DNA of 64,000 bases from an uncultured Planctomycetota bacterium. GTDB lineage: Bacteria; Planctomycetota; Planctomycetia; Isosphaerales; Isosphaeraceae. The notes below the pieces were generated by a model. It had not been told where the DNA came from, searched no databases, and saw nothing but the letters and a program-made list of their open reading frames with translations. The translations under genes were made by a program, and so were the position numbers. Below, in pieces: positions 10,573-21,196 of this stretch. The stretch lies in NCBI GenBank assembly GCA_963845755.1, contig CAWJTV010000013.1:96001-160000 (forward strand), read 5' to 3'. The first letter of the stretch is position 1. Every line of letters starts with the position of its first letter.

Positions 10573-11806
10573 TCAACGCCACCCATAGCCGTAGAAATGC
10601 TCGGGCGCGACGCGCTCGGCCCGGCTCTCGGTGGCAAGGCTCAGCACCGCTCCGAAGGGTGCTGGGGCAAGGTCGTTGCCCCGGCCGTTGTACTGCGTGC
10701 CTCCCCGGCGGGTCCCGACGGCCACCACCTCGAAGCCGACGAAGCGCCCCTGCTTCCGGTCGAAGCGCGCCGAGCCGAGGAGCTTCATCTCCAGGCCGCG
10801 CTCCTGAACGCTTGGCTTCTTCATGTCGCGATAGCCGCGAATCGACCAGTCTCCCTTTTGTACGGCCTTGGTCCGGCCTTCCAGGCGGAGGGAGACCACG
10901 TCGCCCTGGACTGCCGTGATGCGGCTGGTCAGTGTCGCGTCCTCGATCGCACGCGCCGGGAACGGTGAAGTCTGTCCACGCACGTTGTCGAGGAAATGGA
11001 ACCGGGCGAGTCGCTCGACGAGGGGTCGCGGCACCTCGCGCGTCCGGCCGGGCTCGATCTCCGCGGGCAAGAACTGCCCGGCCTCCTCCTTGGTGAACCA
11101 GGCGAAGTCCTGGTTCCAGGCGTCGGCCCACCGCCCTTGCTGCGGCGGGTTGCGCGGCAAGTCGCGTGTGTTGACCTTCAGGACCAGGCCGCCCTCGGGG
11201 AAGAATCGATCGGCCCGGTTCAACTGTGCGATGTCCAGCGGATCTTCGCCCGAGAACTTACGCCCCTCGGCCTTGAGATTATCCCAATTCTTCAGGGCCT
11301 CACGCAGCTTGCGGGCGACGAATCGCGGGTTATTGTTGTTCCAGGAGGCCAGGAACGTGCCGTCGGCCGTGGTGGCATAGGTCCCCTGACGCGTGCCCGA
11401 GGGCGCGTGCGGCCGGCATAGTGGCCCTGTTCGGCGATCTTCTGGAAGAGCCGGCACTCGGCGTCACTGCCCTTCTGCAGGCGCCCCACCTCGTCGGCGG
11501 CGGGGATGAACTTCGCGGTGAGCTCCTTCACCTCGGGGTCGGTCCAGACAGACTGTCTGGCGATCACGCCGTTGTTTCAGGTACATCCCAGGGGATGACC
11601 GTTCATCGTCCAGAGCAGGATGGGCCGATCGGTCTCTCTCGCCTCATTGATCGCGATGTAGAACGACTCCGCCAGGGGATCTCCAGGTAAGACTCCTCCT
11701 TGACCTGGGGACGGATATAGTCACGCCATCGCTCGAACGACTGATCGTCCAGGACGGGCGCCTGCCCCAGCGCGACGATCGCGGCAAATAGGAACGCGTG
11801 CATCAT
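10573..11806 (-). CDS. Secreted thioredoxin-fold protein with in-frame TGA (putative selenoprotein); two apparent sequencing frameshifts (near 11670 and 11405)
   Basis: Signal peptide MMHAFLFAAIVALG; IPWRESF..A...A....RPILLWTMNGHPLGCT*NNGVIARQSVWTDPEVKELTAKFIP. TGA at 11579-11577 is in frame with the downstream ORF 11292..11567. Confidence 0.75.
11536..11576 (-). promoter_or_regulatory. Putative bacterial SECIS hairpin
   Basis: mRNA after the UGA: AACAACGGCGUGAUCG-CCAGAC-AGUCU-GUCUGG-ACCGA. Perfect 6-7 bp upper stem (11544-11560) with a G-containing loop about 22 nt after UGA. Confidence 0.6.
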
Positions 11807-12122
11807 TCGCCCGGTCTCCAGAGAAGGATCTCGCTGGCCACTCCGAGACTCGCATTAGACACGGGCCGCATCCCCGTGTGCAAGGGACAACAGCAAATGC
11901 CTCACCCGAACTCTGCCTTCGTGGTTCGCGACTCATCATCGGCGGTCGGTCTGGGTGAGACCCTCGGGCAAACGGGTACCACCTCGGTTGAGATGGCAAT
12001 CAAAGTCCTTCCAAGTTCTTCGGCCAGATCGCCGCTCCGCAGATTCTTACCGCGTCTGCCAGGCATCGAATCAAAACCTCCTGCGGACGAGAGAACATGC
12101 CCAGGCATTTTTCCGGCGCGGA

Positions 12123-12940
12123 TCAGCGAGAGAACGTGGTGAAGAAGTAGGGGCGCGGCCACCCGACGCCGTTTGGTCGAAGGCGAACTCCCAGACTTGT
12201 TTCCCCTTCCGCGAACCGCGAATGGTCGCATTCGCCTCCGGGGCAAAGGCATATTGCCACTCGGGGCCGTTCTGGCCGTTGCGCATTTCGAGGAGCAGGT
12301 AAACTTCGGCGTCGGTGGCCAGCACGAAGGTAAAGAGTGCGCCGTCGAGCGCCTCGGATCCAGGCTTGCCGTATCGCGCCAGCGGCTTGGACAGGAGGCG
12401 AAGATTGTGCCACGTCTGGAGGTCCCAGTTCATCTCGGCGCTGAAGCCCTTGGCGAGCTCGTGCATTTGGCGGAGCCGGCGCTCCGGCGAGTCGGACGGC
12501 CTGGGTGCGTCGGGCACGGGCTTGAACTCGACTCCCGGACGGCCTGGATTCCAGGTGCGGTCCGAGACCAGTGCGTCGGTCGAGAGTGAGGAGAAGGCCT
12601 GGAACCAGGTGCCGTCGCTTCCGCGATAGACCTGCACCGCCGCGGCCGGTCTTTCGGCCGGGTCGAGCCAGAGAAAGATCGCCCCGTCGTGGACCGTTCC
12701 CACCGGATTGTTGAATCGCAGGACAGGGTCGGGCTTCAGGCGGAACACCGTCTTGGGATCGTCCGCGGGGTGGAGGTTGTACTGCGCCAGCGAGTCCTTC
12801 ATGAACGCGAGCCGCTCCGTGGACGTGTCGGACTTCGCCGTCGCCATCTTCTCCCCCGCCTTTGCCGCACCTTTCGCGGCAGTCGGCGCTTGGCTCAGAA
12901 CACCGAGGATCAACGCGAGCGATAACGAGAGAGTTGTCAT
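12123..12940 (-). CDS. Planctomycete-type secreted hypothetical protein (probable frameshift near the 3' end)
   Basis: Signal peptide MTTLSLSLALILG; PVLRFNNPV..DGAIFLW, LRLLSKPLARY, DGALFTFVLATDAEV; GC-biased codons. Confidence 0.7.
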
Positions 12941-12953
12941 CGTGGGCTCCCGA

Positions 12954-13217
12954 TCAACGGCGCGAGATGGTGACATGCCCGTAAAGGCTTCCACGGATCG
13001 GGTTGGACCATTTGAGGAGCGGCTGGGGCACGAGCCGGAATGGCGCACCGCCGGGCCCGGCGGCGCGGATGGTGATCGGGCCCACCTCCTTGCGACCACG
13101 CTCCAGGGCCGCGTTCGCCGGCGCCTTCTCGTCGTCCGGCTCGTCGCCGAAGACGAGACCCGCCGCCAGCAGGCAGGAGAACGCCGGGATTACCCGTGTC
13201 GTCGGCCGTCGTCGCAT
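12954..13217 (-). pseudogene. Truncated paralogue of the adjacent secreted protein
   Basis: Signal peptide plus FRLVPQPLLKWSNPIRG, resembling FRLKPDPVLRFNNPVG of the neighbour; stops after about 87 codons. Confidence 0.55.
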
Positions 13218-13379
13218 GGCAAGCACCTTCTCCGGCCAGGACCGGATCGCCTCGGAAGCACTTCGACAGGCGTAGGATCGATCTCGCGAGCTTACAAAAA
13301 TAGTCGGACGTTTACAAGAACCGTCCGGCTCTTCGATCGGCCGTCACAGGCAAGGGTCGCATCCGGGAACGGGCACTTA

Positions 13380-13567
13380 GAGCGCTTCACGGTTGGGTTG
13401 CACACAGGCGAAGCCGGTTCCCAAAGAACCCCCCGGAACCCCCCCTTCGCAAGGGGGGGACCATTGAGGAGGAGTGGCCCATTTCCTGTCCCCCCCTTGC
13501 GAAGGGGGGGTTCCGGGGGGTGTATTCGCATCGCTCTGGGCGTGCGCAACGCAACTGATAATCGCTC
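13380..13567 (+). mobile_element. MITE-like element, copy 1 (188 bp)
   Basis: GAGCG...CGCTC termini with TA on both flanks; two internal CCCCCCTT(C)GC(G)AAGGGGGG palindromes; near-identical inverted copy at 15087-15275. Confidence 0.85.
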
Positions 13568-13791
13568 TAGTTTCTCTCGACGGGTTTCGGAACTGTTGCA
13601 CGAACCGGCCTCGCGTCACAACGCCTTTGCGCCCTGAGCTAGCGCCATGCGTCTGATGACACCGAAGCAGGCTGATCCGAAGGTGCTACGGTCGATCCCA
13701 CGGACGCCTTGTCCCCTACCTAAGAATTCCTGGTATCCTGATTCGTGATTCGCCACGGATTGTTCGCCTTTCCCGAACCGGAGTTGTCCGC

Positions 13792-14151
13792 GTGTCCCGC
13801 CTCTTCGCTGGAACCCCCTGGGATCGTCCCCCCACCTGCGACCGCTGCGGTCGGTTGGAGTCCCAGTGCTCGTGTCCTCCGCCGGTCCCGGAGGCGAAAC
13901 GAATCCCGCCACACCAGCAGACCGCACGGCTGATGACCGAGCGGCGGGCGAAGGGGAAGCTAGTCACGGTGATTGCCGGCCTTGACCCGGAAACGAACGA
14001 CCTCAACGAGCTCGGCGCCCGCCTCAAGAACGCCTGTGGGGCGGGCGGCACGGTGAAGGAGGGGCGTATCGAGCTTCAAGGCGATCACCTCCAGGCGGCC
14101 GAGAAGGCCCTCCAGGCAATCGGCTACAAGACCAAGGCCGGCCGCGGTTGA
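13792..14151 (+). CDS. yciH: SUI1/eIF1-like translation initiation factor (YciH family)
   Basis: CxxC...CxC N-terminus, RAKGKLVTVIAGL and LKNACGAGGTVKEGRIELQGDH. Confidence 0.9.
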   Translation: MSRLFAGTPWDRPPTCDRCGRLESQCSCPPPVPEAKRIPPHQQTARLMTERRAKGKLVTVIAGLDPETNDLNELGARLKNACGAGGTVKEGRIELQGDHLQAAEKALQAIGYKTKAGRG

Positions 14152-14334
14152 TGTCGCGCGGGTCCGGACCGGTACGTCGCCCTGCGTCGATTCGGCGGCG
14201 TCTCGCCCGTCTTGACCGGGCGGCTGATCACCGCGCTGCGTGAGATCATCCGGTGACCGAACCTCGGCGGGCTCGGCCGTGTCTCATTCCTGGCGCAACC
14301 TCGTTCTCACACACTCGGGACGCGCGAGACTCGC

Positions 14335-15039
14335 ATGAAATCCACCGTTGAGCAGATCCGGGCCCGGTTCGACGACGACGTGGAGCGGTTCAGCAACCTG
14401 GAGACCGGGCAGTCGGCCACGATCGACGCGCCGCTGGTCCTCGAGTTGATTTCCCAGGCCGCCGCCGCCACGAACCCGGGTGCGACGGACTTGCTCGACG
14501 TAGGTTGCGGTGCGGGCAATTACAGCCTCAAACTCCTCCAAAGCCTCCCCGACCTCAACGTCACGCTGATCGACCTGAGCCGGCCGATGCTCGAACGCGC
14601 CGAGCAGCGCCTCCAGCCCGCGACGAAAGGACACATCGAGGCCTTCCAGGGCGACGTCCGTGACCTGGACCTCGGCGAAGCCCGCTTCGACGTCATCGTG
14701 GCCGCGGCGGTGCTGCACCACCTCCGAACCGCCGCGGAATGGGATGCGGTCTTCGCGAAGTTCTTCAAGGCGCTCCGGCCCCGCGGCTCGATCTGGATTT
14801 CCGACCTGATCGAGCACTCCTCTGCCGCGATCCAGGAGATGATGTGGCGGCGCTACGGCGAGTACCTCGTCGGGCTGAAGGACGAGGCCTATCGCGACAC
14901 CGTCTTCGCCTATGTCACCCAGGAAGACACGCCCCGGCCGCTGATGTACCAGCTCGACCTGCTGCGCAAGGTGGGGTTCCGCCAGGTCGAGATCCTGCAC
15001 AAGACCAGCGTGTTCGCGGCCTTCGGCGCATGGATATGA
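14335..15039 (+). CDS. Class I SAM-dependent methyltransferase
   Basis: LLDVGCGAGN, IDLSRPMLERA and FDVIVAAAVLHHL. Confidence 0.9.
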   Translation: MKSTVEQIRARFDDDVERFSNLETGQSATIDAPLVLELISQAAAATNPGATDLLDVGCGAGNYSLKLLQSLPDLNVTLIDLSRPMLERAEQRLQPATKGHIEAFQGDVRDLDLGEARFDVIVAAAVLHHLRTAAEWDAVFAKFFKALRPRGSIWISDLIEHSSAAIQEMMWRRYGEYLVGLKDEAYRDTVFAYVTQEDTPRPLMYQLDLLRKVGFRQVEILHKTSVFAAFGAWI

Positions 15040-15086
15040 GCGGAGTCGATGGAGTGACCCTTCTGCTGGTCATACCGCTCAAATTA

Positions 15087-15275
15087 GAGCGCTTATCAGT
15101 TGCGTTGCGCACGCCCAGAGCGATGCGAATACACCCCCCGGAACCCCCCCTTCGCAAGGGGGGGACAGGAAATGGGCCACTCCTCCTCAATGGTCCCCCC
15201 CTTGCGAAGGGGGGGTTCCGGGGGGTTCTTTGGGAACCGGCTTCGCCTGTGTGCAACTCAACCGTGAAGTCGCTC
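15087..15275 (-). mobile_element. MITE-like element, copy 2 (189 bp), inverted relative to copy 1
   Basis: Reverse complement of 13380-13567 with only a few differences; GAGCG...CGCTC ends, TA flanks. Confidence 0.85.
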
Positions 15276-15286
15276 TAGTTCATGCC

Positions 15287-15342
15287 GGTCAGGCTTTCCA
15301 GGCTGACGTCCAAATACTGTCAGGCTAGAAAGCCTGGCCTAC
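15287..15342. repeat. GTAG-family REP-like inverted doublet
   Basis: GGTCAGGCTTTCCAGGCTGAC...GTCAGGCTAGAAAGCCTGGCCTAC; the GTAG overlaps the TAG stop of the upstream gene. Confidence 0.75.
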
Positions 15343-17209
15343 TGGATGCGATACAACCGAACCGGATAAAAGCCACTCCGCGAGGAATGAAACAACTCGC
15401 GCCTTTGCGTCAAGCCCAGCCCGGTGCGGACCCCCTCCAGGTAAGATCCCCAGCTCTCGGGGTCGATGTCCGGCGGCGGCTCGAACGAGCCCCAGAGGAA
15501 GTGGGTGACTCGATACTTCTGGATCACCTCCTGAATCCGCCGGGGATCGTAGTTGCGGGGCATGAGGATGGTCGTCCGGTCGCTGGTCACGCGTAGCTCC
15601 CAGGGGAACCAGGCCATGATCCGGGCATCGGGCGGGACCTGCGCGGGTTCGACCGGATCCAGTCTCCGGCCTCGCGGATCGCCGGCCAGTGGAGCTGGAA
15701 GGGTTTGGTCAGCCAGGACGCGTCATACGCCCAGGTGGGATCGGCCCAGACCATCGTACAGTAACCCGCGGCCAGCCAGGGGACGAGTCGCCTCCGGACG
15801 CGCATCAAGGCACCCCATTCGATCAGGCCGGCGACCGCCGTCGGCAACGCCAGCACATAGACCGGTGCGTAGTAACGGCCAAGCTGGGCGACCTGAGTCA
15901 CGTCGGCAATGCTCTTGAGCGTGGCCAGCACGAACACGACGAAGATCGTCGCAATTAAGAGGTCGACCTCGCGCCCCGGACCACTTCGCGATCGGAGTCG
16001 CCCCAGGAATCCGAGGACGATCGGCAGGCCCACGATCATGGTCGAGTACGCGACGATGATCAGCAGCGACTTGACCTTCACCCTGACGATCTCTGGGAGA
16101 TTCGCCGCGGTGTAAAACTGCGAGGGGAGCGTGTTGCCTTTGTCGTAGTGGTGGATGGTCCAGGAGAAGTTATATTCAAAGTAGGACGTATACGAGTAGA
16201 ACGGGCTCTGATATTCGTGGAACGTGGCCACGGCCCAGGGCAGGATGACCAGCGCGATGCAAGCGACCCACAGGAGGAGCGGACCGAACTGGCGTCGGCC
16301 ATGATTGACCACGAAGACGAGGCCCGCCGCTGCCAGGAGGGCGAGCGCCGTCGTACGGGAGAGGATCGCGAGTCCGCCGCAGATGCCGGCCAGCGCCGCC
16401 CAGCCCCAGGCGCGGCGAGGGCGCGGTTCCGCATGCCAGACCTCTGTCAGCGTCCAGACGGCCAGGATCGACGTCAGTACGACCAGGCTCTCGCGGAGCA
16501 CGAAGCTCGCGTAGATCGCGTGGACCGGCAGCACCGCCAGCACGCCCATGGCGGCCAATGCCGTGCGGGGACCGAACCGTCGCCGGGCGAAGCCGTAGAG
16601 AGCCGGCAGGGCCAGGAGGTTGAGGACGAAGCTGCACGCCTTCGCGACGACGATCCTCGTCTCGAGCGGACCCTCCGGCGCCAGGCCGGCGACGCGGAAC
16701 GCGAGCGCCCGCACGTAGGCATCCAGCGGGGTGGACCAGTCGTCCAGCACTCCGCGGCCCTCGAGGATCCGGGGATAATCCTTGAAGTAGCTCTCGACGT
16801 AGTGCTTGACCGGCCCTTCGCCCCGCAGCACGGAGGTGGCCACCTCCAGGTAGTGGCAGCTATCCCCGGAGACCAGCGGCAGGTTGCCGCCGGCGATCCA
16901 GATCACCGCGCGGATCGCGTAGCCGGCGCCGAAGATCGCGAGCCAGGCCCGGGCATGTCGCGTGAGCCATGGAGCGAGCATCAGGCCGATCACCAGCATC
17001 GCCGAGCCGATCGCGAAATGCCAGCGAACCAGGCTGACCTGCGACGGCCGGCGGATGCGGGCGAGGATCGGGACCTCGTAGAACTGGTGGGCGACCCAGT
17101 CGAAGGCCGGCGTGATCCAGCCATAACGGACGTCGAGCCAGGCCGCGACGATCGCCACGGCGCCCACCAGCAGGGCCGGCCAGACTCGGCGCCCTCGGGA
17201 TTGCGGCAT
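15339..17209 (-). CDS. Membrane glycosyltransferase, GT-C (ArnT/PMT-like) (frameshift near 15640)
   Basis: Multi-TM protein with GDSCHYLEVA, LRESLVVL and LAILSRTT; ORF 15587..17215 joins ORF 15339..15617. Confidence 0.78.
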
Positions 17210-17231
17210 CACCAAGGTTCTCCGCGGACGC

Positions 17232-17289
17232 GTCGGTCAGGCCTTCCCGCCTGACAGGTTCGGACCTCAGGTTGGAACGCCTGACCTAC
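17232..17289. repeat. GTAG-family REP-like inverted doublet
   Basis: GTCGGTCAGGCCTTCCCGCCTGAC...TCAGGTTGGAACGCCTGACCTAC; overlaps the TAG stop of the M28 peptidase gene. Confidence 0.7.
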
Positions 17290-18977
17290 GGCTTCGCCTT
17301 GAGCATCGACTCGCGCCGGGCCCGGAACTCGCTCTCCGGCTTCCACTCCGGATACCGCGGCTCCTGGGCGACCGAATGACCCAGCTCGACGAGCAGCTTG
17401 ATGTCCTCGGCGGCCCCGGAGAGGTCCCAATCCGGCTTCACCTCGTCGCTCGGCTTGTGGTAGTCCTTCGCCGTGTACTCCTCCTGCTTGCGCTTGCCGA
17501 AGTCGCCCGACTTGCCGACGTATTGCCGTCCTCCCTTGGGATCCATCGCCGGGACGCCCTGCTTGGCGAACTCGAAATGGTCGGAGCGGAAGTAATAGCC
17601 CTTCTCCGGGTCGGCGTCCGGGGCGACGGTCCGGTCGTGCGCGCCGGCGATCGCGACCAGCCGGTCGTCCAGCGTCGTCTGACCCATGCCGATACTGAGG
17701 ATGTCGGTCGTCGGGCCCCAGAGATTGATCACGTCGAGGTTGATGTCGGCCAGCGTGCGTTCGAGGGGATAGAGGGGATGCGTGGCATAGTACTTGGCGC
17801 CGAGGAGCCCCTTCTCCTCGGCGGTCACGATGAGGAAGAGGATTGATCGCTTCGGCGCGGGCTGGATCCGGGTGAACGCGCGGGCAATCTCGAGCACCGC
17901 GGCGACGCCCGAGGCATTGTCGGCGGCCCCATTGTAGATCGAATCCCCCTTCGATTCCGGGTCGCGGCCCAGGTGGTCCCAGTGTGCGGTGTAGACGATG
18001 TACTCGTTCTTGAGCGCCGGGTCCGACCCTTCGAGTTTGGCGACGACATTGTTCGATCGGACCGTGCGAAGTGCGTTGGCCACCGCGAACCGTGCCCGAC
18101 AACCGAGCGGCTCGGGGCGGAAGTCCTGGCGGGCGGCGGCTGCCTTCAGCGCCGCGAAATCGCGGCCGCACGCGCCGAACAATTCCTGAGTCTTCGCCAG
18201 GGTCATCCAGCCCTCGACGGCCACGCGCGCCGGTGCCCCGCCCTGCTGGGGTTCGGCGATGTCGAAATTCTCCCGGCTCCAGCTTCCCCGGACCACCTCG
18301 AACGGATAGCCGGCCGGACCGGTCTCGTGCACCAGGATCACGGCCGCCGCGCCCTTCTCCGAGGCGATCTCATATTTGTACGTCCAGCGCCCGTAGTAGG
18401 TCATGGCCCGCCCCTTGAAGGCGGCCGGATCGAGCTTCGCGGGATCGTTCGGGTCGGGGACCGGCGGGTCATTGACGAGCATGATCAAGGTCTTCCCGCG
18501 CACGTCGAGGCCCTTGTAATCATCCCAACCATATTCCGGTGCCACGGTCCCATAGCCGACGAAGACGACGTCCGAGTCCTCGACCGAGACCTCGGCGGCC
18601 ATCCGTCGTGAGACGGCCACGAAATCCTCGGGGAACGCGAGCGCGACCGTCCGGTCACGGATTTGGAACGAACCGGTCACGCTCCTGGCCTGGAAGCCGG
18701 CCAGCGGGACCGCCTGGATATAGGTGCCGTCCGGGTTGCCCGGCTTCAAGCCCATCCCTCGGAACTGGTCGGTCACATAGGCGATGGTCTTTTCCTCGCC
18801 CGGCGTACCCGGCCCCCGGCCCTCGAACTCGTCCGAGGCCAGGACCTTGATGTGCTCCAGGATCGGCCCCGGTTTGACGCCTTCCAGCGCCGATTTCAGG
18901 CCGGCGTCGGGTGCGGCAGCCAGGGCAAGACCCGCCAGCAGGACAATCTCAATCGATCTCAGGGTGTGACGTCGCAT
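17286..18977 (-). CDS. M28-family metallopeptidase with PA domain, exported
   Basis: [31 protein letters not shown] and YHKPSD; signal peptide. Confidence 0.93.
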   Translation of the reverse strand: MRRHTLRSIEIVLLAGLALAAAPDAGLKSALEGVKPGPILEHIKVLASDEFEGRGPGTPGEEKTIAYVTDQFRGMGLKPGNPDGTYIQAVPLAGFQARSVTGSFQIRDRTVALAFPEDFVAVSRRMAAEVSVEDSDVVFVGYGTVAPEYGWDDYKGLDVRGKTLIMLVNDPPVPDPNDPAKLDPAAFKGRAMTYYGRWTYKYEIASEKGAAAVILVHETGPAGYPFEVVRGSWSRENFDIAEPQQGGAPARVAVEGWMTLAKTQELFGACGRDFAALKAAAARQDFRPEPLGCRARFAVANALRTVRSNNVVAKLEGSDPALKNEYIVYTAHWDHLGRDPESKGDSIYNGAADNASGVAAVLEIARAFTRIQPAPKRSILFLIVTAEEKGLLGAKYYATHPLYPLERTLADINLDVINLWGPTTDILSIGMGQTTLDDRLVAIAGAHDRTVAPDADPEKGYYFRSDHFEFAKQGVPAMDPKGGRQYVGKSGDFGKRKQEEYTAKDYHKPSDEVKPDWDLSGAAEDIKLLVELGHSVAQEPRYPEWKPESEFRARRESMLKAKP

Positions 18978-19134
18978 GGGTTCCTCGAAGGTCGTGATCG
19001 CCGATCGATGCGGAAGGCGGCCTCTGTTGTTTGGGTGCTGGATTATTACCATGGTACTCTACGAACGCACCCCTGGAGGTCTATATCATGGCTAAAGTTC
19101 TGGCATCACTGTTCACGAGTCGAAGTTGACAAAC

Positions 19135-19290
19135 GCACAGCGCAGGTGAACTTCAAGGACAAGACGTATAACGTCACCGCCGACGAGGGGCCGTCGCTGG
19201 GGAGAGCGGCCCGGGTCGGCAGCGACTCGGCGAACGCCTGGGGCGTGCACGACGCGGTTGAACGGGACAGGCGATGCCTCGCGCGTCCGC
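19135..19290 (+). pseudogene. Degraded remnant of an FGE-sulfatase (SUMF1) domain gene
   Basis: AQVNFKDKTYN...GPSLGRAARVGSDSANAWGVHD resembles the VGSYPANAWGLYDM motif; no intact start or end. Confidence 0.5.
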
Positions 19291-19396
19291 CGTGGCGGCG
19301 AGTGGACCGACGACGGCCGGCCCGGCCGCTCGGCCTTCCGGCTGCGATTTCAGCGGGAGCGCCGCTACGACAACAGCAGCTTCCGGGGCGTGGCGG

Positions 19397-19881
19397 TCAG
19401 GCGGTAGCGCCTGCCATCGGCGAGGCTCCCCCCAGCGCGAGTCGCTTCTCGACGATGAACTTCCGGTGATGCGCCAGATGTTCGACGGCGCCGTTGACCA
19501 TCTGCGCGACGGTCCTGTCTCCGCGGTCGCCCACGACGCCTGTCCGCTCCCATGCCTCGGGCGAGGATGCGATCAGGATACGCGCGATCTGCCTGCGCGT
19601 GATCTCGAAGGCAGTGAGCTCCTCCTCGGCCTCCCGCGCGTGATACGCGAGCGCCGCCTGCATCAAGTCGGGCTGTACGCGCTCGAAGGTCGGTCGCTCC
19701 TCCGACAGGACGCGCTTGATCCGGTGGGCGATGTTGGCATCTGTGTCGGCGAGGTGGCAGACGACCTCGAGGATGCTCCACTTCCCCGGGACTGGCCGCG
19801 AGACCAACTGCTCGCGGCTCAGACCCTCGACCGCCGGCGCAGATCCAAGGGGCCGGCGAGATAGGCTTCGATGATGGACAT
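19397..19881 (-). CDS. DinB/YfiT-family protein (frameshift near 19835)
   Basis: GKWSILEVVCHLAD and HLAHH metal-binding His motifs; N-terminus MSIIEAYLAGP. Confidence 0.85.
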
Positions 19882-19929
19882 GGTTCCTCCCGCTGTCTGT
19901 TGTACCGTCAGGTCCGTGGGCGGCTGTGA

Positions 19930-20661
19930 TCAGATCTGGGCGACACCGCCGTCGACGAAGAGCTCGCTCCCCGTGACGAAACTGGAATCGCTCGACGCCA
20001 GGAACAACGCGGCGGTCGCGATCTCCTCGGGGCGTCCCATCGTGCCCCGGGGGATGAGCGCGACGAACCCGTCGAGAGCGTCCTTCGGCACGCCTTCAAG
20101 GATGGGCGTATCGATGGTGCCGGGGCTCAGGACGTTCACGCGGATATTGCGGGCCTTCAGGTCCACCGTCCAGGTCCTCGCGAACGAGCGGAGCGCCGCC
20201 TTGCTCGCGCTGTAGACGCCGAAGGCCGGGAAGCCCATGGAGCCGGCGATCGACCCGTTCATGATGATCGAGCCGCCGTCGGCGAAAAGCGGCAGCGCCT
20301 TCTGGACGGTGAAGAGCGTCCCCCGGACGTTGAGACCGAAGGTCCTGTCGAACTGCTCCTCCGTCACCTCGCCGATGGGGGCGAACTCCCCGGTCCCGGC
20401 GCTGGCGAAGAGGACGTCGATCCGACCTTTCTCCTTCCTCACGGTCTCGTACAGTCGATCGAGGTCGGCGAGATCGGCGGCGTCGCCCTGGACCCCGCTG
20501 ACGTTCCGGCCGATCGCCTTGACCGCCTCGTCCAGCTTCTCCCGGCGTCGGCCGGTGATGAAGACGTAGGCCCCTTCCTCGACGAAGAGCTTGGCCGTGG
20601 CCAGGGCCATGCCCGAGGTCGCACCCGTGATCACGGCCACCCTGTCGTTCAACTTGCCCAT
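19930..20661 (-). CDS. SDR-family NAD(P)-dependent oxidoreductase
   Basis: [21 protein letters not shown] and VDGG. Confidence 0.93.
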   Translation of the reverse strand: MGKLNDRVAVITGATSGMALATAKLFVEEGAYVFITGRRREKLDEAVKAIGRNVSGVQGDAADLADLDRLYETVRKEKGRIDVLFASAGTGEFAPIGEVTEEQFDRTFGLNVRGTLFTVQKALPLFADGGSIIMNGSIAGSMGFPAFGVYSASKAALRSFARTWTVDLKARNIRVNVLSPGTIDTPILEGVPKDALDGFVALIPRGTMGRPEEIATAALFLASSDSSFVTGSELFVDGGVAQI

Positions 20662-20775
20662 CGAAACACCCCCTTCTGGTGAAGAGTCGGAACCGAGGTT
20701 ATGATAGATGCGGCTTTCGGAAGGGCAAGTACTAACCTTTTCGTAAGTGACCTACCGGACCTCGGGAGAACCGGG

Positions 20776-21117
20776 ATGCGCAGGCCCATTCACGGCTGTG
20801 GCCTCGAGGCGGCGCTCGCCGTCGTCGGAGGCAAATGGAAGCCCATCGTGCTCTGGCGGCTCGCGGGCGGCGCCCGCCGGTTCGGCGAGCTGCGGCGGCT
20901 GGTGGAGGGCATCAGCGAGAAGATGCTGATCCAGCAACTCCGCGAGATGGAGGCGGACGGGATCGTCGCTCGCAAGGACTTCCAGGAGATCCCGCCGCGC
21001 ATCGAGTATGCCCTGACCGAGTTCGGCGTCTCGCTCGCCGAGGCCCTGCGGCCGCTCTGCGAATGGGGCCGCGAGCACATGGCCCGCATCAAGAGGGCGA
21101 AGGCCGAGGTGGGCTGA
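20776..21117 (+). CDS. HxlR-family winged-helix transcriptional regulator (divergent from the SDR)
   Basis: VGGKWKPIVL, RRFGEL, ISEKMLIQQLREME and PPRIEYALT. Confidence 0.92.
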   Translation: MRRPIHGCGLEAALAVVGGKWKPIVLWRLAGGARRFGELRRLVEGISEKMLIQQLREMEADGIVARKDFQEIPPRIEYALTEFGVSLAEALRPLCEWGREHMARIKRAKAEVG

Positions 21118-21196
21118 CGCCGGGCTATTCCGCTCCCCCGAGCCCCTCGCTGATGCGGAAGATCGTGAACCAACGAGTCTTATGCTCTGAAGCGTC

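Noticed and set aside
11735..11752. LDDQS peptide reminiscent of selenoprotein N
   Set aside because: It lies about 50 residues before the TGA rather than adjacent to it; treated as coincidence and not used as evidence.
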